From Anaerolineae bacterium (GTDB taxonomy: Bacteria; Chloroflexota; Anaerolineae; B4-G1; DUEL01), in contig JAFGEI010000004.1 of assembly GCA_016931695.1 (NCBI GenBank), positions 1 through 64,000 on the forward strand: a stretch of DNA of 64,000 bases, in the 5' to 3' direction. Made by a program: the position numbers and the translations under genes. Below are positions 20,009-28,500 of this stretch, piece after piece (position 1 is the first letter of the stretch; every line of letters starts with the position of its first letter). A model generated the notes under the pieces. That model was not told where the DNA came from, did no database searches, and was given only the letters and a program-made list of their open reading frames with translations.

Positions 20009-23000
20009 ATGCCCCGCCTCCAGGAGCCGCTGCCGCGGGGCGAGATTGAACTGCCTGCGCCCCCGAGCCGCCCCCCGCTGCCCAAGCTGAACTGGTTCTT
20101 GCTGCTGCTGCCCCTTGCCGGCCTCTTTGTGATGGCCGGGGTCTATGGCGGCCTCCGCGGCGACTGGCTGCTGGCGGCGCCGATGATCGCCCTCTCGACC
20201 ATTTCGCTGACCACCTCCATCGCCGGGCGGCTCGTCCAGCGCCGGCAGCACCAGCAGCAGGCGGAGGAGCAGGAGGCCGCCTACGCCGCGGCGCTGGAGC
20301 AAAAGCGGCAGGACCTGGAGCAGGCGCGGCAGGAGCAGCAGCGCATCCGTACCCAAGTTGACCCGGACCTGGCGTCGCTGCTCGACCGGGCCCAGCGGCG
20401 CGACCCCCGCCTGTGGCAGCGCCGTCCCGACGACGGAGACTTTTTGCACCTGCGGCTGGGCATCGGCTCGCTGCCCTCCACCGTCGCCGTGGCGGCCCCG
20501 CGCGCGCCGCTGCCCGATCCCCGCCTGGAGGCAGTCCTCGCCCTGGCGGCCGAGTACGCCGCTGTCCCCCAGGTGCCGCTGGCGGCGCGCCTCCGCGACG
20601 GGCCGTTGGGCATCGCCGGCCCGCTGCCCGACCGCACCGGCCTGGCCCGCGCGCTGCTCTGCAACCTGGTCGCCCACCACGCACCCGACGACGTCCACCT
20701 CCTTTGTCTCTACTCTCCCCTGCAGGCGGCGGCGTGGGCGTGGCTCAAGTGGCTGCCGCACACCTATGCCCTCCATCCGCAGAGCGGTCGTCACTACCTG
20801 GCGGCAGGCACCGCCGGGTTTGAGGTCGCGCTGAAGGAATTGTTGGAAGAACTGCGCCGCCGGCAGAACCAGCTTTATGCCGCCCAGCAGGAGGAGCGGG
20901 TGCCCGATTGGCCCTGGTTGGTGGTGCTGGTAGAGGACGAAGCGGCGGCCCGGGATGCCCCCGCGATCCACCTGCTGCTCTCGCCGGAGGGCCGGTTGTT
21001 GAAAGCAACCGCCCTCTTCCTGGTCGACGAGATCACCCAGGTGCCGATGGGCTGCCGCGGCGTCGCCGAGGTCCAGACGGACGGGCGGGTCGTCTATTCG
21101 ACTGCTGGCGCTGCGGGCGAGACCCACGCCTGCTGGCCCGAACAGGCCGACGTCACGCTCTGCGAGCGGATCGCCCGCAGCCTGGCGCCCCTGCAAGTGC
21201 GCGCCCGGCGCCTGGATGGCGTGCTGCCCAGCGAGGTTCACCTGCTGGCCATGTTGGGGATTGCTGCTCTCGACGCCTACGACGCTGCCCACTGCTGGGA
21301 GAACGGGGCGCCCTACGGCGCCCTGCGCTCCCCCATCGGCGTGCGGCGGGGCGGGGAGCCCATGCTGCTCGACCTGGCCCCCACCGGCCACGGCCCGCAC
21401 GGCCTGGTCGCCGGCACCACCGGCTCCGGCAAGAGCGAGCTGCTACAGACAATCGTGCTCGGCCTGGCCCTCACGCACCATCCCTACGAGATCGGTTTCG
21501 TGCTGGTCGATTTCAAGGGCGGCGGCGCCTTCTCCGGGCTGGTTGACCTGCCCCATACGTTGGGGCTGGTCACCGACTTGGGCGGGCGCCTGGCCGAGCG
21601 GGCGCTGCTCGCCCTGCGGGCCGAGATGGAGCGGCGCAAGCGGCTCTTTCAGCAGGCCGGTGTCGGCGACGTCGATGGCTACCAGGCCCTGTACCGGCAG
21701 GGGCGGATCGAGCAGCCGCTGCCGCGCCTGGTGATCATCATCGACGAGTTTGCCGAGCTGGTCAGCGACGAGCCGGACTTTATCGACGGGCTCGTCGGCG
21801 TCGCCCGCGTGGGCCGCTCGCTGGGGCTGCACCTGATCCTGGCCACCCAGAGCCCGGCGGGCGTGGTCAAGCAGCAGATTTGGGCTAACGCTCGCTTTCG
21901 CATTTGCCTGCGGGTCGAATCGCGCCAGGAGAGCAGCGAGATGCTGCACCGTCCCGAGGCGGCCGACCTGCCCCGCCTGCCGGGCCGGGGCTATTTCCAG
22001 GTTGGCAACAACGAGTTGTTCGAGCTCTTTCAGGTGGCGCGGGTGGCGGGCCGTTATCTCGCCGGGGTGAGCGAGCCGGCTGTGACGGCGCCGCCGTTGG
22101 CCATCGCCCGCGTCTCTGCCCAGGGCCAGCGGACGCACTTGTTTGACGACAGCGACGTGCAGCCGGGCCAGGCCGCCGGCCACCTGCCCGACCTCCCGCT
22201 CGTCGTCGCCCACCTGGCCCGCACCGCCCGCCGCCTAGGCGTCGACAAGTTGCCCCCGCCCTGGCTCGCTCCGCTGCCGGACCACGTCGCCCTGCCCGAC
22301 CTGCTCGATCGTGCCGCGGTGGGCGGATGGGACGAGGCGGAGGGGATGTGGCGTCCGGCGCGCTGCTGGCTGGCAGCGCCGTTGGGCCTGCTGGACGATC
22401 CGGCGCACCAGCGCCAGCTTCCGCTGTCGATCCCGCTGGAGCAGCAAGACGGGCACCTGATCATCGTCGGCGCGCCCGGCTCGGGCAAGGGCATGCTGGT
22501 GCGCACCCTGGTGATGGGCCTGGCCCACGCCCACGCGCCGGACGCGCTGCACGTCTACCTGCTCCAGTTCGGCGGGCAGGCGCTGCAGGTGCTCCAGCAC
22601 CTGCCCCACGCCGCCGGTCTGTTCACCCCGCTGGACGACGAACGGGTGTCGCGGCTACTGCGCCGCTTGCTCGACGAGCTGGAAGAGCGCAAGGCGCTGT
22701 GCGTCCGCGCCCACGTGGACGGCCTGGCCCGCCTGCGCGGCCTGGGCCCGGAGCGGGTGCCGCCCGCCATCCTCGTCGTCCTGACCGGCGCGGCGGAATT
22801 TCGCGCTGCCTTTCCGGACGAGACTCTTCATCTGACCCGCCTCGTCCGCGAGGGGGGGCCGTATGGGCTGCACGTCATCTTGACCGGCGACCGGGCGGGG
22901 GACGTCGCCCTGGCCATCAGCAGCGTCGTCGCCCGCCGCATCGCCCTGCGCCTGGCCGATGCCAGCGACTATGCCCTCGTGCTGGGGATGACGCCGCTGC

Positions 23001-24028
23001 GGGGCAGGGAGCCACGGCTGCCCTGCGGCCGGGGCTGGTACGGCCGCCCGCCGCTCGAATTCCAAGCCGCCGCTCCTGTCGGTGCGGGGGAGGGCGATGC
23101 GCAGTCGGCGGAGCTGCGGCGGATTGCGCTGCGGATGAACCAGGCCTGGCAGGGTCCGCGGCCAGAGCCGGTGGAGACGCTGCCGGCAGCGATCCCGCTG
23201 GCCCGGCTGCTGGCCAGCGCTGCTGCGCCGCCGCTCTCTCCGCTTGCCGCGCCGCTCGGCTTGGACGGCGTCCGCCTCCGCCCGGTCCTGATCGACCTGG
23301 CGCTGCGCGAGCCGGGGTTCGTCGTCGCCAGCACGCCCCAGGGCGGCAAGACGACGCTGCTGTGGACCTGGGCGCTGGCGCTGGCGGAGCGCAGCTCGCC
23401 GCAGCAGCTCCAACTGCTGCTCGTCTCCGGGCGCCGCGGCAGTCTTGGCCCCCTGGCGCGGCTGCCGCACGTCGTGGCGCACTTTGGGAGCCCCGAGCAG
23501 CTGCTGCGCGACGGCGGCATGGCCCGCCTGCAGGCGGAACTGGAGCGCCGCCAGGCCCGGCTGGACGAATCGCCGGAGAGCAGCGCTGCCTTCCCGCACC
23601 TGCTGGTGATGTTTGACGACTATGACGAGTCGTTCAACGCCGTCGGCAGCGAGGCCGAGGTGCAGCAGGGCCTCGAATGGCTCGCCCGGCGCGGGCGGGA
23701 CGTGAACGTCTGCACCGTCGTCACCGGCCCGCTGCCGGCAATGGGCGTGGGCTTCAACGACCCCCTGGTGCGCCAGCTCAAGGTTGGGCGCTCGGGCTTT
23801 CTGCTCCGCGTGTTGGACGCGAACGACCAAAACCCGCTGGGCGTGCGCCTGCGTCTTCCTGAAGGCACGGCCATGCCCGCGGGGCGCGGATACGTGGTGC
23901 GCAACGGCTCCGAAGAACTGTTGCAGGTCGCCACGCCGGGCGACGGCAGCGCCGTCGCCGCATGGGCCGCGCGGCTGGAAAAACGCTGGAGCGACGCCGG
24001 GGCGGAGCAGGCCGCCTGGCCAGTATAG
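20009..24028 (+). CDS. eccC: Type VII secretion FtsK/SpoIIIE-family ATPase, EccC-type (three P-loop ATPase domains, two N-terminal TM helices)
   Basis: N-terminus MPRLQEPLPRGEIELPAPP plus two TM helices, followed by RRDPRLWQRRPDDGDFLHLRLG, resembles actinobacterial EccC. Three Walker A sites: GTTGSGKSELLQT, GAPGSGKGMLVRT, STPQGGKTTLLWT. No FHA domains. Start uncertain; the ORF track ATG at 19874 abuts tRNA-Leu and lacks an SD. Confidence 0.85.
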   Translation: MPRLQEPLPRGEIELPAPPSRPPLPKLNWFLLLLPLAGLFVMAGVYGGLRGDWLLAAPMIALSTISLTTSIAGRLVQRRQHQQQAEEQEAAYAAALEQKRQDLEQARQEQQRIRTQVDPDLASLLDRAQRRDPRLWQRRPDDGDFLHLRLGIGSLPSTVAVAAPRAPLPDPRLEAVLALAAEYAAVPQVPLAARLRDGPLGIAGPLPDRTGLARALLCNLVAHHAPDDVHLLCLYSPLQAAAWAWLKWLPHTYALHPQSGRHYLAAGTAGFEVALKELLEELRRRQNQLYAAQQEERVPDWPWLVVLVEDEAAARDAPAIHLLLSPEGRLLKATALFLVDEITQVPMGCRGVAEVQTDGRVVYSTAGAAGETHACWPEQADVTLCERIARSLAPLQVRARRLDGVLPSEVHLLAMLGIAALDAYDAAHCWENGAPYGALRSPIGVRRGGEPMLLDLAPTGHGPHGLVAGTTGSGKSELLQTIVLGLALTHHPYEIGFVLVDFKGGGAFSGLVDLPHTLGLVTDLGGRLAERALLALRAEMERRKRLFQQAGVGDVDGYQALYRQGRIEQPLPRLVIIIDEFAELVSDEPDFIDGLVGVARVGRSLGLHLILATQSPAGVVKQQIWANARFRICLRVESRQESSEMLHRPEAADLPRLPGRGYFQVGNNELFELFQVARVAGRYLAGVSEPAVTAPPLAIARVSAQGQRTHLFDDSDVQPGQAAGHLPDLPLVVAHLARTARRLGVDKLPPPWLAPLPDHVALPDLLDRAAVGGWDEAEGMWRPARCWLAAPLGLLDDPAHQRQLPLSIPLEQQDGHLIIVGAPGSGKGMLVRTLVMGLAHAHAPDALHVYLLQFGGQALQVLQHLPHAAGLFTPLDDERVSRLLRRLLDELEERKALCVRAHVDGLARLRGLGPERVPPAILVVLTGAAEFRAAFPDETLHLTRLVREGGPYGLHVILTGDRAGDVALAISSVVARRIALRLADASDYALVLGMTPLRGREPRLPCGRGWYGRPPLEFQAAAPVGAGEGDAQSAELRRIALRMNQAWQGPRPEPVETLPAAIPLARLLASAAAPPLSPLAAPLGLDGVRLRPVLIDLALREPGFVVASTPQGGKTTLLWTWALALAERSSPQQLQLLLVSGRRGSLGPLARLPHVVAHFGSPEQLLRDGGMARLQAELERRQARLDESPESSAAFPHLLVMFDDYDESFNAVGSEAEVQQGLEWLARRGRDVNVCTVVTGPLPAMGVGFNDPLVRQLKVGRSGFLLRVLDANDQNPLGVRLRLPEGTAMPAGRGYVVRNGSEELLQVATPGDGSAVAAWAARLEKRWSDAGAEQAAWPV

Positions 24029-24046
24029 GATTGTCGCGCGATGGCG

Positions 24047-24325
24047 TTATACGACTCGCTGGTCGGTCTCTTCAAAGGCCATGGCAATGCGGCGCAGCTC
24101 GCTGGCGAGCGATTCGATGATCTCGCCCACCCGCACCCGCATCGTCGGCACCTCGTTGTCGAAAATGCGGGTATAGTCGATCTGCGCCATGCCGAGCCAC
24201 TCGCCCTGCAGGCCGTGCACGATGTTGATCGTGCTGTTCAGCACCCCGTCGATCTCCTGGCGGTGGCTGTCCAGCTGGGTGGCGGCGTTGCGCAATTGCT
24301 CGGGGGATACGCGAATTTGGGACAT
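24047..24325 (-). CDS. WXG100 family protein (EsxA/EsxB-like)
   Basis: 92-aa helical hairpin with central W-L-G (QGEWLGMAQ). N-terminus MSQIRVSPEQL. AGGAGGT SD 8 nt upstream. Converges on eccC. Confidence 0.85.
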   Translation of the reverse strand: MSQIRVSPEQLRNAATQLDSHRQEIDGVLNSTINIVHGLQGEWLGMAQIDYTRIFDNEVPTMRVRVGEIIESLASELRRIAMAFEETDQRVV

Positions 24326-24403
24326 CTTGTCATACCTCCTTGTGTGCTGCGTTGTGATTCAGCGGGTCAACCACGCCCGCTGAACGACAAGAATAGAACA
24401 GGG

Positions 24404-24679
24404 CTAGATGACGCGCTCGTCGGTCTCGCGAAAGACCTGGGCGATGCGCTGCAGCTCGGACGAAATCTCGCCCAGCAGCAGGGCAAACTGGGACATGCGG
24501 GGAACCATCTCGTTCCACTGGGCGTAGAACTTGTTCTGCGCCACGCCGTCCCACTCGACGTCCAGCGTTTCGATTGCGCCTTGGAGCGACTGGATGAGGG
24601 ACTCTGCCTCGGCCCGCTTGGTGTCAAAGAGGTGCGCGACACCCTCGAGCCTTTCCGGAGCAACAATGATCTGCGACAT
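24404..24679 (-). CDS. WXG100 family protein (EsxA/EsxB-like), second paralog
   Basis: 91-aa protein with MSQIIVAPERLEG and W-D-G (DVEWDGVAQ). Start trimmed to the ATG at 24679 with a GGAGGT SD. The ORF track extends it to 24886 without support. Confidence 0.85.
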   Translation of the reverse strand: MSQIIVAPERLEGVAHLFDTKRAEAESLIQSLQGAIETLDVEWDGVAQNKFYAQWNEMVPRMSQFALLLGEISSELQRIAQVFRETDERVI

Positions 24680-24718
24680 GGTAACCTCCGATTGGACAGG
24701 ATTGTGGATTCGTGTATA

Positions 24719-24746
24719 ATTATACATGTATTGCGGGAAAATGCAA
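24719..24746 (-). promoter_or_regulatory. Minus-strand TTGCAT-16-TATAAT promoter for the WXG100 gene pair, inside a TATAATTATA palindrome. A plus-strand TTGGAC-17-TATAAT (24692-24720) is arranged back-to-back with it.
   Basis: Reverse complement reads cTTGCATtttcccgcaatacatgTATAATtatac. Plus strand reads TTGGACaggattgtggattcgtgTATAAT. Confidence 0.5.
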
Positions 24747-24952
24747 GTTTCGAGACAACGAGATGACAACGCAGCCCACGAAGCGAGCTTGACCTCTCTG
24801 CTGGTTCCCGCTGAACACCATGACCGGCAGCATCCGCTCTGGGCAACCGACGTAGCTGACAATGAAGAACCAACATGCCGCTCCATTCGAGTACACGCGA
24901 AAACTGTATAATCTCTCTCTTGAGTGTCGGTCTAACCAAGCGGCAGAAAACC

Positions 24953-25001
24953 GGCCACGAATTGACGCGAATTCACACGAATTGACGCAAAATTCGTGGC
25001 C
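24953..25001 (+). promoter_or_regulatory. Leader element upstream of the effector gene: tandem direct repeats ACGAATTGACGC (24957-24968 and 24977-24988) embedded in an inverted repeat ggccacgaatt...aattcgtggcc
   Basis: Seen directly in the sequence. Repeat starts are 20 nt apart. Followed by hairpins cccaggct-tgcc-agcctggg and gggggaaaaagtgggtgc...gcccacctctttcccc before the SD at 25155. Confidence 0.45.
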
Positions 25002-25165
25002 GAAAATTGCCGGTAATACCCAGGCTTGCCAGCCTGGGTGCTCTCTTGTACCGGAGAGGGGGAAAAAGTGGGTGCTGGCGCCCACCTCTTTCCCCTTCCC
25101 GGGCTTGGGAGAGCGCCGAGGGGAAGCTGGCTGAGCAATTACCATACGGAACAAAGGAGGAAACA

Positions 25166-26329
25166 ATGACGCAAATCCGTATCAATACCGAACTGGCGCA
25201 GGAAACCGCGCAGCGGCTCGCGCGGGGTGGAAGCCAGCTGGTCGAGATCGACCGCGTCCTGCGAGGCGCGGTCGGCAGCCTCGATACCAGCGCCTGGGAC
25301 GGGGTCAGCCGTTCGCGGGCCGAGCCGCTGCTCTCGCAGGTGGGATCGGCCGGCGGGCGCCTGGTCGCCGAAATCACGGGCCTCGGCCAGACGTTGGCCC
25401 GCACGGCCGAGGCCTTTGCCCGGGCGGACCAGGCCGCTGCCCGCAGCCTGGCGGGGATGCCGTGGGTCGAGTGGGGCGGAGGTTCCAGCGCCCTTCCGCC
25501 CGGCGATGTCCCGCCAGGGGACAACCCGGACCTGGACGGCGTCAGGGGAGCGGAGGGCGCGGTCTATGCAGCTGTCGAGGGCGAGTCCTTCATCCCCGGT
25601 GCCGGCGATGCCGGTGCCATTCATCCCAACGACGTCCACCAAGGCCGACTGGGCGACTGTTACTTTCTCGCCTCCCTGGCGACCATCGCCGACCAAAACC
25701 CCGCCCTGATCGAGCGGATGGTTCACGACAACGGTGACGGCACCTACACCGTCACCTTTTACCGTCGCAACAGCCCCTTTGCTTTTTGGCAGCCGGACTT
25801 TAGCCCTGTCGAGGTCACCGTGACCCCTGACTTTCCCCTCGACCACAACCGGCCGCTGTTTGCCCAACCCGGCGATGCCGCCGGGTCGCAGCAAGAGCTG
25901 TGGACGATGCTGGTCGAAAAAGCCTATGCCAGCTACCACGGCGGCTACCACGACATCGAAGGCGGGTGGGGCCACACGGCGATGGAGGAGCTGACCGGAA
26001 CCGCCAGCGACTGGTACGCTCCCTCAGCCATCGACCTCGATACCCTGGCGGCGTACAGCGAGAATGGATATGGGATGACCGCCTCCAGCATGGCCGATTG
26101 GGAGGTTCCCGGCGTGGTCGACATCCCCGACCAGACCGACCTGCATCCCCTGTACGTCAGCGGCGACCTCGCCGCCAACCACGAGTACTACGTCTCGCAC
26201 GTCGACCGGGAGTTGGGAACAATTACCTTGCGCAATCCCTGGGGCTGGGGCTGGGGCGAGACCACGCTGTCATTCGAGGAATTTCAGGCCACCTTTCGAC
26301 GGGTTTCAGTCAACCCGCTCACACCATAG
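25166..26329 (+). CDS. WXG100-domain protein fused to a calpain-like (peptidase C2) cysteine protease; putative T7SS-secreted effector/toxin
   Basis: N-terminal 100 aa (MTQIRINTELAQETAQRL...SAWDGVSRS) form a WXG100 helical hairpin. C-terminus carries calpain hallmarks: QGRLGDCYFLASLATIA (Cys), WTMLVEKAYASYHGGY, HEYYVSHV (His), LRNPWGWGWGE (Asn). AAGGAGG SD 6 nt before the ATG. Confidence 0.8.
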   Translation: MTQIRINTELAQETAQRLARGGSQLVEIDRVLRGAVGSLDTSAWDGVSRSRAEPLLSQVGSAGGRLVAEITGLGQTLARTAEAFARADQAAARSLAGMPWVEWGGGSSALPPGDVPPGDNPDLDGVRGAEGAVYAAVEGESFIPGAGDAGAIHPNDVHQGRLGDCYFLASLATIADQNPALIERMVHDNGDGTYTVTFYRRNSPFAFWQPDFSPVEVTVTPDFPLDHNRPLFAQPGDAAGSQQELWTMLVEKAYASYHGGYHDIEGGWGHTAMEELTGTASDWYAPSAIDLDTLAAYSENGYGMTASSMADWEVPGVVDIPDQTDLHPLYVSGDLAANHEYYVSHVDRELGTITLRNPWGWGWGETTLSFEEFQATFRRVSVNPLTP

Positions 26330-26340
26330 GAGGGAAACTC

Positions 26341-26661
26341 GTGAATTCGCAAACTTATTTCATACGCGCCAGCACCCAGTTGAACCTGCCCGGCGTGCAG
26401 ATTGCTGCCGGCAACTTGATGATGGCGGAATACCGGGATCGAGAAGGGATCGCCCAGCGCGGCCCGACGGCGATGCTGTGGATCCAGCAGCCGGGCGACC
26501 CACCCTTGACGCAGCAGGTCCGCGCCCATGTCGGGCAGGTCGTCGACGCCGGTCCCTACACCGTCCGCATCGCCGACATCGGCGTGGACGAGGGCGGCGG
26601 CTTTGTCCAGGCCGTCCTGCGGCCGGCCGGTGAGGATTTGGAGCGGCCGTGCTCGTCGTGA
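26341..26661 (+). CDS. Small hypothetical protein (106 aa); candidate immunity protein or inhibitor for the calpain-like effector
   Basis: GTG start 12 nt after the effector stop with a GGAGGG SD. It is the C-terminal part of ORF-track entry 25900..26661 in the same frame. No recognisable domain. Confidence 0.55.
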   Translation: MNSQTYFIRASTQLNLPGVQIAAGNLMMAEYRDREGIAQRGPTAMLWIQQPGDPPLTQQVRAHVGQVVDAGPYTVRIADIGVDEGGGFVQAVLRPAGEDLERPCSS

Positions 26662-27701
26662 CCATCAGCGCTCCGGAGCTGCCGGAGCCGGTCGACCTGG
26701 AGCTGCCGGGGGACGTGTGCGTAGAGCGGCTGCTGCCCGGCTTGATCGCTGCCCTGCAGCTGCCGCCGGGCAGCTACCGCCTCGTTCACCGCTCCCGTCT
26801 CCTGGCGCCGGAGCAAACCTTGGGCGACGCCCAGGTCCTGATGGGCGACAGCTTGGCGCTGCTGGCAGAGTGCCAAGATGATCCGCCGGTGTCGGAGCTG
26901 GCAGGAGCGGCCGAGCCGGTCCGCCTCACCGACCTGGTCGCGCCCCGCGCCACATCTCTGCCGCCGGACCGCACCGGAAAGACAATCGCCATCTGGTCGG
27001 GTCCGGCGGGCGGCACCGGGCGGACGACGCTGGCGCTGGCGCTGGCCCTGCTGCTCGCCGGGCGGGTGGGCGAGGCGGTCCTGCTGGCGCTTGCCGAACC
27101 CGCCCTCTCCGCTTACCTGCGGCTGCCCCGCACCCCCAACGCCAGCGCCTTTTTCGAGACCGGCGGCCTGCGGGCAGCGGTGCAGCGCGTGAGCTGGGAA
27201 AGAAAAGGGGCGGAGATTGCGGCGCTGGCGGTCATCCTGGGCCCGGCCCGGCCCGGCGAGGGCGTTGCGGAAGCGGAGCGGGTGGTGGAATTGGTGGCAG
27301 CCGCGCGCGCCGCCTATCCGCTCGTCCTGCTCGACCTGCCCGCCCTGACGCCGGGGGGGAATCCCTGGTGCCTCGGGCCGCTGGCCCAGGCCACCGACCT
27401 GCTGCAGGTCGCCCGGCCGACGACGGTCGGCGTGGCGGCGACGGTGGAAGCATTGGCTGCGTTGCGGGACCTGGGCGGGGACGTCCAAGCCCACCTGGTC
27501 CTGGTGCGCTGGGGAGAAGGGGAGCTGACCAGGCCAGACTTTGTCCGCGCCGTGCGGGAGCTGTGGGGCAACTGCCCCGCGGTGGCGGCAGAGGTCCCCT
27601 TTCTCCCTTCCCTGCCGGCGGCGCTGGAACGGGGGGAGATGCCGCGAGAGGTAGAGTACATTCGAGCGTTGGAGGGGGTTATGGCCGCCATCGGCACCTG
27701 A
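26649..27701 (+). CDS. YukD/EsaB-like ubiquitin-fold (beta-grasp) domain fused to a MinD/ParA/CpaE-like P-loop domain with a degenerate Walker A
   Basis: N-terminal 75 aa (MLVVTISAPELPEPVDLELPGDVCVERLLPGLIAALQLP...QVLMGDSLALL) match the EsaB/YukD pattern. The P-loop is KTIAIWSGPAGGTGRTTLALA (deviant Walker A, Lys to Arg). GTG start overlaps the upstream gene by 13 nt. Confidence 0.65.
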   Translation: MLVVTISAPELPEPVDLELPGDVCVERLLPGLIAALQLPPGSYRLVHRSRLLAPEQTLGDAQVLMGDSLALLAECQDDPPVSELAGAAEPVRLTDLVAPRATSLPPDRTGKTIAIWSGPAGGTGRTTLALALALLLAGRVGEAVLLALAEPALSAYLRLPRTPNASAFFETGGLRAAVQRVSWERKGAEIAALAVILGPARPGEGVAEAERVVELVAAARAAYPLVLLDLPALTPGGNPWCLGPLAQATDLLQVARPTTVGVAATVEALAALRDLGGDVQAHLVLVRWGEGELTRPDFVRAVRELWGNCPAVAAEVPFLPSLPAALERGEMPREVEYIRALEGVMAAIGT

Positions 27702-27756
27702 CGGCAACTTGCTGCCAGGGATTTTAGGGCGACGCACGCGTCGCCCCTATTGACAA

Positions 27757-28176
27757 TCACTCTTGGCGTTTCGATCCCTCTTGCGGACCCGCAAGTTGGG
27801 CCAGGCCATAGATGAACAACCCGCCGCCCAAGACAATGAGCCCGACCGCCACCACGTCCTTGGGGAGATCGACCCCCACCCGGATGTTCATCACCTCGGG
27901 GGCCATGGGCAGGTAATAGGCGGTTCTCGTGTCCCCCACGTCGGGGTGGGTCCCCCGCCGGGTATCGATCGAGCGGACCAGTTCGCCGTCGGCGGTATGG
28001 AACTGGTATTCTATCCGGTACTCGTATCGCTGGTCCAGCGGGTCGAAATAATGCTCTACCCCGGCGACATGGGCCGTTGTCGATTCCCCGAGGACCACGA
28101 TAAAGCCCAGCGCCATGACCAGCAGGCCGGTGATGATGGGGCCAAAGCCCAAGCGGAAGCGTGTGCCGAGAACCAC
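27757..28176 (-). CDS. Small membrane protein, DUF3592-like (TM / beta-rich / TM)
   Basis: Two predicted TM helices flank YEYRIEYQFHTADGELVRS. GTG start with AAGGAG 8 nt upstream. Confidence 0.6.
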   Translation of the reverse strand: MVLGTRFRLGFGPIITGLLVMALGFIVVLGESTTAHVAGVEHYFDPLDQRYEYRIEYQFHTADGELVRSIDTRRGTHPDVGDTRTAYYLPMAPEVMNIRVGVDLPKDVVAVGLIVLGGGLFIYGLAQLAGPQEGSKRQE

Positions 28177-28500
28177 GACTTTTTCTCCTTCTTGTGGGAC
28201 TGTTCTTGAGGCGCCAGCGGGCTGCAGGACTGGCTTCCGTCATGCTTGAGGGCGTTATTGTAGCATGCTTTTGCGCCGCATGCCAATAGATACGCCGTTC
28301 CATTGGCCCGCGCTGACGGCTCTGCTGCGCTGGATCACCAGCTCTAGCGCCTGGGGCAAAATAGCGCCCGGGCGGGCCACTGCCCTCTTGCCAATTTGAC
28401 AACCAGGTCGAGATGAGTATGATAACAACAACATAAGGTAACGACTCGGCCATCTTTTGTAACAGCCTTTCCCATCTGCAAGAAGGGCCGTGGGAGGTGC

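Noticed and set aside
25900-26340. Long ORF 25900..26661 (253 aa) overlapping the effector gene in another frame
   Set aside because: Its first 147 codons overlap the calpain-like domain coding region out of frame. Only the last 106 codons, from the GTG with a GGAGGG SD, are intergenic and plausibly coding.
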